DNA from: Ptychomitrium polyphyllum | Taxonomy: Eukaryota | Direction: 5' to 3' | Assembly (NCBI GenBank): GCA_973851085.1 | Contig: OZ316776.1 | Location: 14,384,001 to 14,448,000 of the forward strand | DNA length: 64,000 bases | Part shown: positions 39,061-51,251 of the stretch, one piece after another | Numbering within the stretch: position 1 is the stretch's first letter | Layout of the letters: each line of letters begins with the position of its first letter | Program-made: the position numbers and the translations under genes | The notes under the pieces: model-generated | What the model was told of the DNA's origin: nothing | The model's database searches: none | What the model saw: only the letters and a program-made list of their open reading frames with translations

Positions 39061-42000
39061 TCACTCAGGACTTGAAATATCAGGAAATGGAATGGAACTG
39101 CAGGAGTGATAGTACCCATTCTTATCATAAACAAAGCGTTGCGACAAGTGTGCTTCGGAAACATGATACTCCCCAAATTCATGCTGCTCATACTTGGCCA
39201 CAATCTCCGTTGCATCAAATGGAATTCTCTTCTTGTACCTTTTACCAGGCCCTCTGCACAAAACATGCCGTGGCATTGTTCAATTGATCGATCAGGGGCT
39301 ATAATCCTACAAGAGACGAGTCTAATCTCCTAATGAAATGAAATGAAAAATATGTCCACAACTTGCTTCAACAATGACAACTTTTCAAGAATCAGTACAC
39401 CAAACGAATTCTTGCAGTCCTCAACAACACATTATATAAATGTAATGATGTTCACATAGCAGGTAAGAGAGTGCACATACCCCACGGATCGCTGGGTTGT
39501 GTTCATCAATGTTGCGTGTATCTGCACAACCAACCACCAAGAATCAAGACAATAGCACGTCGATGCAAGCACGAAATAGGTCACAAAGCCTACAAGATTG
39601 GAATATGTAAGGCAGGTCTTAGTAAAACAAGCTTACCTTTAAGGTTTGTGTCTGATCTTTCTCCATTACAAGACCTGCTTTGGTAAAGGCCTCAGTAATC
39701 ACATCTTATATACGTTAAGATAATTTCCTTTCCACCAATGATCACTAGCAAAAAGCATGCAGTAATCCTTGTCACGATAACAGATACAATAGCAGTTACC
39801 TAGCATTGATACAATAGTACATTTGGCATAGTCCCATGCCGATGATTATTAAAAGGAAAGAAGACTTGACAACTGGATACGGGTTGCTTTGATGAGACGT
39901 AACGCCTGGTCATCAGGTACCACATCTGCATAAAGTACATGGGCTTTTGCAGGGTTTCCTTTCATGCAATCCTGCCATTTCCATGCATATAAAACTACTC
40001 AACAGAAGTTTCAAGGTTTCATACTTGTTATTGTGCATGGTGCTTGTAACTCACTTAGCCTCACAAGTTTTCGTTACATAAAGAGTATAAAGAATATGAA
40101 GCATGAGTATATCATACCACGCCTCTAAGTTTGATTGTCAACGCGGAACCTTCCAGAGCCTCATGAACTTGAGGCATTGCTTTCTGCATATACCATCCAT
40201 ATTTAGCAATGTCAACAGATAGGAAACAAGAGGGCTGCACATATACTAGTATGCGGAATTAAGTGTGCAAGAAGGCTGAAGGTGCTATTTCGGGTGAAGA
40301 CGTGAAAATAAAGAAACAAGAGAAAACTGCTTTAGTCAATCCCATTACGTCAACAAGTAACCACAAGCCCCTTGCACTTAAAGTAGGCTGGGGAAATGTC
40401 ATACTTGCAAACAATCTGCAGCAGCTTGCACTCGATCTTCGTTCCACAGTTTTAACATAAGGAGTGTCAAATGAAACGTCGCAGGTTTCACGAAAATGGA
40501 CTTGTCTATACCTTTATCATTCTTGCCAGAACCTGTATCAGAGGTACATATGTATCCTCATTAAATGCCCGAGTAAATAACAATAACTAAATGCAAAGAA
40601 CTCAAAAAACTCCAACTGCAAGATATCAAAATAGCCACGAAGTTGGACAAATTGAAGATAAAATTGCAGAGCAAATTCAAGTTTGAAATAAAATACAGCT
40701 TTTGCCACAAGAGAGTAGTTGAACTTACCATCACTTGATGAAGCAGTACATTCCAACACAGACATCTGGAACTCTACAACACTCTCCAACAGCTTTGGGT
40801 GCAGAGCCAATGGAATGGAAATAAAGTGCGAATACTGAAGCTGTGGGCTTTTGATAGCCTGCAATGACAACCATGTCGATTGCATCAAACTGACATTGAA
40901 GCAATAGGTAATTGCGTTATTATAAGTTACACCACAAGATGATTTTCGAGGTACTAGTTCACTATATTCCCATTTCAAGATAATTAGAACGGAGGATACA
41001 TTTGTTTGGCAAGATTGAAGTTTCGCTAGGAGCTCAAATAAAATTTTACAAAGTAACTACCCTGGTTTGCACCGTGTGCACGTGCACCATCATATATTAT
41101 TTTACCAATAATTCAGTTGCACCAGTAATTACACACAATGCACAATTCACCCGATTTTGAGTACGCACTATGTCTGAAGCGATTATTATGGTGGAAAAGG
41201 CAAGAAACTTCCATGAATTCTGTAGAACAAACAATTAAGTCGTGAAGCGAATGGCGGGGTTCGTGTATACTGCACAAACAAAGTACTAAAAACCGAATGT
41301 CCATTCACTAAGTTTTAAGAGAATATCGACTTATATATTTTCGATAACGATACTAGCAGCAGAAAGCAGCTAACCTGGTCAATAACCTCATGCACCTGAT
41401 GCGTTGCTTCATCCAAAGCCGCTTGGGATTCTCCTTGCAGAAGCACTGTACACAATGCAACCCGTTTAAGATTGTAACCCACATATAATCTTATTCAATC
41501 TCCGATGAGAAGGACCACTCCGGTTATCCAGACAAGCAGTTAATTAAGGAAACCTAGGCGATTTTATGTCACCAACCAGTGGAAAATACAAGCGAGACCA
41601 TACCAGCATGTTTTCCGGTTTTTGCGTCCTTGGCTACCGGAATCTTTATGCTCACACCTGTATCTTTCTCTATCCTCTCCTTTGTAGAAGCTCTACAACC
41701 ACCCACATCGTTCCATAAGGAACATCCTTTTTAACTTTCACAGTTTCTTTGCAGCCTTGATTCGTACCCTGTGCTAAAATTTCTGTACGTTTTCGTATAT
41801 AGAAAAGCAACAGAAACACACCAATGCACGAGAAAGAGTGGTGGCATTGTACCCTTTCCCAACGAGGAATCGCAGAAGGGGTGCATCCACCTAAAAGATG
41901 GGAACCAAGAATCGAGTTTCAGGGCACCCGCTTAAAAATATTCGTGGGAACTCTATGATCAAGTGCAACTTCAACATTCTAAACGGCCGTGTTCACAAGT

Positions 42001-42376
42001 GACATCCTAACCGGTCACGAACAGATGATCTGAAGTCTAAAACAAGTGACATTCTGGTGAGAAGTTACAAAAATCGAGGCTGATAAATTTTCAGCTTCGT
42101 CTAGTTGATCCTTCCGCCTCCAAATAGATGCGACAGACTTCTTAGAATCCCTAATCTTCAAATCTGTACAATTCAGTATAATAGGTTTAACCAAGAACTA
42201 AGCACTTTCACGCAAGTAGCATTTGAGAGAATTGGTGGGATCACTTCGAAAACTTTTAAATATAAACTACACCTCCACCGAAAATTGTATTAAACACAAG
42301 AGCAAGCACCTTGAGGCAAGTCATGGTCAGTCACATGAAGATTTTCAATCCCTTCCGAAGGAGTTGGATCAGCCAT
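39061..42376 (-). CDS. ASCC1: ASCC1-like protein (KH domain plus AKAP7/2H phosphoesterase domain), multi-exon; start may lie further upstream
   Basis: Exons read VDAPLLRFLVGKG-ASTKERIEKDTGVSIKIP (KH), YSHFISIPL, FHLTLLMLKLW and IHATLMNT (two HxT motifs), PFDATEIV..FGEY..AHLSQRF..GYYHSCSSIPFP. Confidence 0.88.
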
Positions 42377-44557
42377 AGAATTTACACTAAAACTCCGAAC
42401 GTCCCGTTTCCGCTTACCCTCCCGCACAAGGGCCAAAAATGTCTTGAGAGCCAGCCCTTCCTTCACAAAGTATGCCAGGGCAGTAAACTGCGGCACCGTC
42501 GAACCCTAAAACAGAGATCCAATACTTAGTGATACTGTGACTACACAATGTCGATCACAGAGGATGTGGATGCTTAAGGTGCTCAACTCCCACATTAATA
42601 TCTTGACATGAACCTAGTGCCAGTACTGGTTTGAGAACAAAACTGCAAATAATGTTTAAACCCCTAGGCGACATACGCAAATCCCACAAACTAACAAGTC
42701 ATGGATGTCAAAAGCATAGATCAATTATGCTCATACGTGAAGAAAGCCAAGTGTAGGATAAGTCCAATAGCTTCAAGAACTGTGAAAGTGAACCTTGGAA
42801 TGCTGCTGCTGATGATTCACTGCCCAGTGAGTGCCCACGAAGAGTTTAGATGTGACCGCGTTTGTGACAACTCTCCCAAACCTGCACAGGAATATGCCAA
42901 TTTCATAAGTTCACTCCAAGAATCACACACCGAGACACAATCTACTCATACTCAGCTACAGAAAAGGAAACAGAAGAGATGAACGCTCCTGCTTAATCGA
43001 GCGACGCTGAACCCCGAATTCTCAAACCCTGCACTTCAAACCCCAACGTTAACCCAATTCACATCATGGTCACCCACACATAACTCCTCTCCCAGCTGCA
43101 GATTCACACCCATTAATCAGCAACTAAGACAGTGACCCCGAACTTCAACGAACCTCAACTGCACCTCAACTTCACCCACATGTAATCCATCACCCGGTGA
43201 TTGAATGACGGATGATAGGGCTGGCTGCCATGATCGCATCTCCCCAGGTTGAGCCTGGACCACTCTCCGCTATCACTGGACTACCCTCATAAGTTAGTGT
43301 AATGAAGTGCACCTTGGGAGGCAGGCATTACTCCTGGCGAGCAGCATGACGACCACGGGACACTCATGACGCCTTGTGGCGATGGCGATGGAGATGGCAC
43401 TGCATTGCATGCCCTCGGCTGTCTCACCTCGGCAACGGCGAAGGGCAAACGCAAAAGGCTGTGGGAAAGGCAAAAGGCAATGGCACTCCACAGCATCGTT
43501 ACATGGGCCTCCCACGTCACCCCTCCTCTTAAGCTGGTTCAATCTGCCATTTAATTTTGGAATTGGAATTTGCTTCCGCTTCCCACATGCACTGTATTCT
43601 GTGACCTTTTTTTTAAAATTATTTTTATCATCTAATTCTCGATTGGCCTTCATTTTTCTCTATGGAGGGAGAAACTTGACTGGACAATCACCAAAAATTA
43701 GGAACCTATGCAAAGCAAAATTTAGGCCTTTTATTCATTTGAAGTAAAACTTATACTATTTTGTAATATGGAGTATTGGAATACACTTCAAGAATGTGTT
43801 TGGAGAATATTTTGAGTAATTTTATTACCTTAAGAATAATTATATAATGTTCATGATTATAATGGAATATTGCTTTTGAAGTATTCTATTATTGCATGTA
43901 CTTTTCAAATTTTCTTTGAAAATTTTCCAAACTTTGACTATGGAACACAATAAGGATAAATTAACTTCAATACAAAGAAAGATTTTTTTGGATTATAGAC
44001 TAACTTGAAGTAAACCTTTTTTGAGGTTTGTTTGAACCAAAAGAAGAATGATATTACCTTCTTTTTAAAAAAATTAACAAATTTAAGAGTTTGTTCTTTG
44101 AAATTGTCTTATTAAATAAGTTACTGTAACTTGGATATTGTAACTATAGAACAAGATAGAGTTAACCACCAAGTAGCAAACACTATTCAAAGATGGTTTG
44201 TTATTTTGTGTATGGTTAAACGGAGTTAGAGTCATGGTTCTTAGGTTCAGTTAAAAAACTTCTTTGATATGGCAAGTACATGAAGAACTTGGACATTTTG
44301 GAGTGCACATCACACATTTTATGTTGTATAATCAATATTGGGACATTGCCATGTATCAACAAGTTGTTAATACTTCTTTGTTTGAAATGTGTAATTAAAT
44401 TAAATCAAGTTTTAATACTGTATCACCTCAATTGAAGTCTTTTCTCATTATAAATTTGGACTATAGTTGGATTTGGACTTTGTTGGGTCACTTATTCTCA
44501 CCCTACAAGGAGCTAAGTATATATTTGTAATGATCAAGCATTTTAGCAAGTAAACTA

Positions 44558-44687
44558 AACTTAATGTTGCCATGCATTGTTATAGACTATCATTTGTAAT
44601 TAGAACCTAATATTGCCATGCATTGTTATAAACTATCATTTGTAATTAGAACCTAATGTTGCCATGCATTGTTATAGACTATCATTT
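44558..44687. repeat. Tandem repeat, 46-bp unit x ~2.8
   Basis: AACCTAATGTTGCCATGCATTGTTATAGACTATCATTTGTAATTAG units at 44558, 44604, 44650. Confidence 0.9.
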
Positions 44688-45177
44688 TCATGCACAAGTA
44701 TCTTAGGTGTTACTTAGTCCTTTCCATTAATTATATGAATAGAGGCATATTTCACCTAATTTAGTGCCTAAGAAGTTGATTTTAATTGTAGACTTGGATG
44801 ACCCTAATGTTTGGGCTCAATGTCTGTACAATCATACAATCAAATAGAGGTCCATGGCCATGAAGAATATCAATGCTAGATTTCTATTCTACCGGACATG
44901 ATTACTACATCATGAGTTGATCAATCAAACTCATTGGTTTGCAATGTATTTTCAAAATAACAAACAACAAAGATCTTTGATCTTACCACTCCTTTGAACT
45001 CAAGAAAGAGGAAGCAAAGACGTCAGCCATTTCGTCCTGCAACTGCAACTGCCCACATTTCGGTGTTGACGGAGAAGTATGCGATTTTGCTGTTGTTCAT
45101 GAGTTTTGTGAATTGGTTTTTATGATAATCGGAGAGATTAGGAGGTGACTATCGGGAGAGATGTGCGTGTGTTGCAG

Positions 45178-46340
<1,163 letters not shown>

Positions 46341-47271
46341 TGAGCGAGAAGACGGTGTAGAATGTTGTATCGATTTTGGTATAATCAGTGTTTTCTTTTT
46401 ACAGGGATTAATCATGTGTCGGCGATAATTCGAGTATAAGTTGCAGACTATCCGTGAGATTAGCATATCCTTTTGCATTTTAAGTCAATAGTTTCTGTCA
46501 TATGAGGTAGTTGCAAATCCTCGAATTCAATTGCTGCATTAAGGGATGCCCGGGCAGATGCTCACAGAAAATTCAGATTCATGTAACAGTACAGACTTGC
46601 ACCATTTGTGAAATAAGAATGAAAGCTTATGATCAGTGTTCGATGGGTCCACTTTTTTGGCAAGCATCTTGCTCATATCACCCGTGGAAAGCTGGCGTAC
46701 TGCATGATTGTGTGGATTTGTGGCTGGATGTCTTGTGCACCTCGGTGTTGTTCTATTGGTGCCAGTCGATCGTGATTCACCATTTCTTATCATCACAAAC
46801 ATAACACTCGTCAGGAATTGGTAAAAAGCAATTATGAAACATCACATGAAATAAAGTACAAGCTTTTCTCAAAGTAGACCTGCCGTTTCTAAGGAAATTA
46901 CAATGCCAAGCAAGATATTCATTTCTTAATGCTTCTCGTCCGATCGAACTCCGAAAGGCACCATGTTATCTTCTGTGCTGGCCCACGTTAAAATCATGGT
47001 CTTGCCTCTACCCGTGACATAAACTATAACCTGCGCTCTTGATTATGTCCGAATTCATTGCGATTTTGCCACATGCACCCGGCTCGCTCAAGCTCTATGA
47101 GCCACATCTGGTATAAATATCACCTTGACCCATTACCTTGTCATAAACAAGCGCGCATTCTCTCATTTTATACACCGTCACCCCCACTGGATTCTACAGG
47201 TATTGGAAAGCTCACCTCGCTTCTGCATTTGTGAGATGCATGTGATTGACTCAATCTTCGAGATAGTTTGT

Positions 47272-47315
47272 TGAGCTTTGGTGTTGCTGTAGATCTATAG
47301 CAACACCAAAGCTCA
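47272..47315. repeat. 44-bp near-perfect palindrome (one G-T mismatch) between a TATA box and the 47443 ORF
   Basis: TGAGCTTTGGTGTTGCTGTAGATCTATAGCAACACCAAAGCTCA; TATAAATA at ~47112. Confidence 0.9.
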
Positions 47316-47442
47316 GGAATGTGTAGGCGGTCAATTGCAAGCAGGGTTGGAAGTCGTCAAAGAGTCGAAGTATGGTTGGCTCATGTACTAATGTTTTGCC
47401 TCGCAGCAAAGAATATTCACGAAGCCGGTATACGTTGGCCCG

Positions 47443-47904
47443 ATGGGTGGCACTGAATCAGTCTTCTGCAGGTCAGCCCGCGTTCAGGCAGTGCTTCTGC
47501 TGGTGGTACTGGCTATTGCGGGATTTCGGCAACAATGCAAGGCTCTTGACGCCCCGCAGAAAGGCATCCTCCGCATAGAGAACCAGCTTTCAGAGCAGTG
47601 GGTGAATGTTTTGGTTGCTTTAAGTGATCATGAAGTTTTCGTGGTAAAAGTTAATCCCAAGGAGCAGAAGGACCTAGAATTCATTTGCACTTCTGGAAGT
47701 ACTGGACTTATAGAACGCGAGGACGGGCTGAAGGCAGAGATTCCGTGCACTAGTTTCTTAGAGCGTGGATATGGGCGTCATTTGAACCATATTGCTACTC
47801 GACAACAACGTGTCAGTGACAAGATAAGTCTTACTGCTTACGTCAAGGACAGTGGGATAGTTTTAATGGTGAGTGATATCAGAAAAATTGAATGGAGTCA
47901 CTAA
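47443..47904 (+). CDS. Intronless 153-aa putative secreted protein, possibly plant S-protein homologue (SPH)-like
   Basis: N-terminal hydrophobic signal VQAVLLLVVLAIAG, then LRIENQL, two mature-region cysteines, and C-terminal AYVKDSGIVL..KIEW; upstream TATA box. Confidence 0.6.
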   Translation: MGGTESVFCRSARVQAVLLLVVLAIAGFRQQCKALDAPQKGILRIENQLSEQWVNVLVALSDHEVFVVKVNPKEQKDLEFICTSGSTGLIEREDGLKAEIPCTSFLERGYGRHLNHIATRQQRVSDKISLTAYVKDSGIVLMVSDIRKIEWSH

Positions 47905-49308
47905 ACAATTTCCTTGGGAATCAGAAAATCAAGCTGCCGAATATGACTATGCCCGGCCATTTCCACCTGGATCTATTTTCCCTTACTGAAGTTTTCGCCT
48001 GATACAGGCAGCTACAGTGGTTCTTTAGCTCAATGCAAAAGAGAACTTTCAACCTTTTAAATTGAGATTCGATTCTAAAATCTGGCTTGATTCTCTATCA
48101 CCAAAGTCCATATCAGTCCTTCCATCCTATGCTTCTATCCCGCTCCTATGTCAGGACTCTGAGCACTTCGTTATATCTTCCAACCTCATCCCTCCCACCA
48201 CATTGATTGTAATTTTTGCGGTGGAAATTTTGGTCAAATTTGTTGTCAGAATGTTGCTAATTAGTAAAGCTGCAATTGGATTTCAGTTACTTGTTCAATG
48301 GGTTTGATTTATGAACACTGTGTGACATCAAAACTGTACAGTACCTGGCAATAAAGGTATGTCTACCCCTCTTCTGTCCCAAAAGAGGATAGAGGATAGA
48401 GAGCAGCAATTTCGAAATGGCAAAACAGACTCAGATGGTCCAATTTGAAAATAGCTGGATAGATAATTAAGATATTTTAAAGTCATTGTTAGTTGTTACA
48501 ATGAATTTTCATAAACCATACAAATTGGAGGTGGAGAGATCTAAGCTTTTTACCAAGTTCAAATCTCTACTAAGTAAATTTATGACGTATGACACCCCTA
48601 TTGAAGAACAAAATAATGTACGAGTCTCCAAGAGCTGCAGGCTTGGATAATTTTCAAGGTGCAGGATGAGCCCTTCTATAGCAGCCATTTCTGAGCACAA
48701 TCACCTTGTAAGACTACATAATTGAGATCCACTGAAAGTATGTAGGAGTGCATAATTAAGATTGAATTACAGAAAGGAGAAGGAAAAAGGAAGAACAAAA
48801 ATCAGTGAAACAAATACTTTGGGATCGTGCAAGGATTTCTTGCACCGCACACTTCAAACTCTGGTTCCAGTCATACAAGAATCAGTCACAACCAAACAGG
48901 GCACACGCATCAACTTCTACTGCATTTTAAAGTAGGCTAATGGTTTTTATCACCCGCAGATACATGTTCATCCTCTTCGGCAGATATAGAGGCAGGCTAG
49001 GCACACATCACAAACACAAGCTGACCATTTCAAGGAGCTGTTGGAAATTCCTGAATTCATTAGCTCAGAGTTCAGTGCATGAAGAGCTTAGAATAACCCG
49101 AAGCTCTTCAAGCACCTAACTTTTCACCTATTGTTAAGGAAGTCATATGATCACTATTTACAACAAATTGATAAAATCTCCACTAATATTTGGCACTAAC
49201 CATACGACATATCAAGGGTGTGCAATTGAGGAGGTAGTATGATCACAGAAACATTTGGCAGCACCCGAATCATTTTTATGAACAGCGTGTAATTGGGAGC
49301 ATATACCT

Positions 49309-51251
49309 CTACCCAACAGCAAGCTGAGTTCTGTCGTGCAATCCGTCGATGAGTTGCATCCCTCGAGCGTCGATTGACAAGCAGGGCCTGATGTAGGGAA
49401 TGAAGTCTGGAATATGTTTTCCAAAGCGTTCGGGTTCGTAAGGGCACTTGAAAGAGAGATCCGGAGTCATGAAGCAGCCGTCCGTTGTTTGTGCCCGTTG
49501 GCACGGCGTCCTGACATCGTCTCGCATTTCGATGAACCATGGAGTGAGAGCTCCATACGCGTGTGCGAGGCCCCCGAAAGTTGACGCCGAGCTGACCAGC
49601 AATGTGTGGGAGAGACTCAACCACAATATCTCCACCAACACTTGCTGGTAGACCTCGGGTCCGAATCGTTGCTCCTTCTCGTTCGACAGCTGCTGGAAGT
49701 TGATATCTGTGGGAACATCGACAGTGTTTCGATCATAGACGCCGCGGAGATGCTCTTGCAAGTCGGATGTTAGCGAAGCGACGAAGATGGTAGTCTCATG
49801 GCGCAGGTTGGTTCGCTCTGCAGGTATGGCTTGCTCAAGAAGATTATTCTCCACGAGACAGCCTTCCACGTTCGCGTTGATCACCTTATGCTTGGCTTCG
49901 CTGCTGTTGAAGTACCGGGCTTGAATGCCAACCTGTACTCACGACATCACTACGTGTGTTGCAAGGCAGTAGCGGAAACGAGAAACTAAAAAAATCGAAC
50001 AAAGCTCACGCATTTGAAGTGAACTGAAAGTAAGTGAAAGATATCCACATGCCTGTGTACGCGAAAAGTCCGACTCGTTGAATAAATACTCCGCGCTCCT
50101 AACTCTTGCCCAGGTAACATCACGAGGAAGAAACGCGGTCCGCAGTATGTGCGTGAGAGCCAGCGACGGATCGGGAAACAGAGCCTCCAAAGTGGGTTGA
50201 AGCGACGGAATTGCAAATAGCTTGGGCAAAAAATAGAGGCATCCATGCACGGTCAACCATGGAACTTTTCTGAAATACGACTGCTCCACATCGCAGTAGA
50301 ACCTATACAGTGGCATGCGTGAGGGTTTGGAGCTTTCATCATCATGTGACAGAAATTTATGGGTTAGATAGAGTTTGGCGTCAGAACGCACCTGTCATCG
50401 GGAAGCCAATTATCATCAATTCGGGACGCGTACATCGGCAGTGTGCTGTCGTGCTCGCGCTTCGCTCTATCAACATTCTCCAGAAACTCTCGAGTCTGGT
50501 TCCATATTGGAACATCACTGTTCTGAATGTCGATGAAGAGCCTCCACGTTGATCCGGGAAACGGCTCGCACATGAGATCGGGCACGCCGGTAGACTCGGG
50601 GATGAGGATCACGCGCTGGGCCAGAATGGCGTAGAGAAGTGATGGCGCCATGATGAAGAGCTTGTTGCCGAGTCCGTTCTTGGCGTCGGCGACCATGAAC
50701 TTGCATCCCGTGGTGGTGTTGCGCGCATAGAAATACTCGGTCAGATTCCCAGCTGCTCGGATGCATACTCTGTGAAGTCGCCCGTATTCGTAAAGCACCG
50801 TCTCCCATTGACGCGATTCCGAAATTCTCAAGCCCTTCCTGTTCGGGCTGTAGCTAAGGCGGCTGTAATAAATCGCAAGCTCTGTTCTGCTCTTACAAGG
50901 GTTCTCTTCTCGCCATTTCTCAACGTCGAAGTCTGTGTCTAGGAAGACTCCTGTATTCCGCTCCACTTTGATAACTTCCCGCCGGATTGCTTCGACAAGC
51001 TTCCTGACGAGCGGTTGTAGAAGAGGCGATTGCTTAGGCAGCTTTAATGCAGCTGTCGTCGTCGGATCCATCGCTGACGTCAATGTTGAGAACGCAGCCA
51101 CTGACCCTTGCTCCACCTCAAAATTTCGCCAGTAAGCCACCATCACGACCATGGAAAGTGCAGAAACGAATGCAATTTTGAACGGCGTTGAGATCGACAT
51201 TGACAACCCCTTGCTTGAGTTCAGCACTCCTGCTCCGAACGAGTTTGTCAT
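49309..51251 (-). CDS. FUT: GT37 family alpha-1,2-fucosyltransferase (xyloglucan FUT-like), type II membrane protein; exons 51251-50392, 50302-50053, 49932-49309
   Basis: N-terminal TM, GCKFMV..NGLGNKL..LLYAILAQRVILI, LMCEPFPGSTW, FYCD, VGIQAR, EILWLSLSHTLLVSSASTFGGLAHAYGALTPW. Confidence 0.92.

Noticed and set aside
47309..47318. AAGCTCAGGA resembling the 5' end of miR390
   Set aside because: Only 10 nt match and the rest diverges; the hairpin does not place it as a mature miRNA arm.
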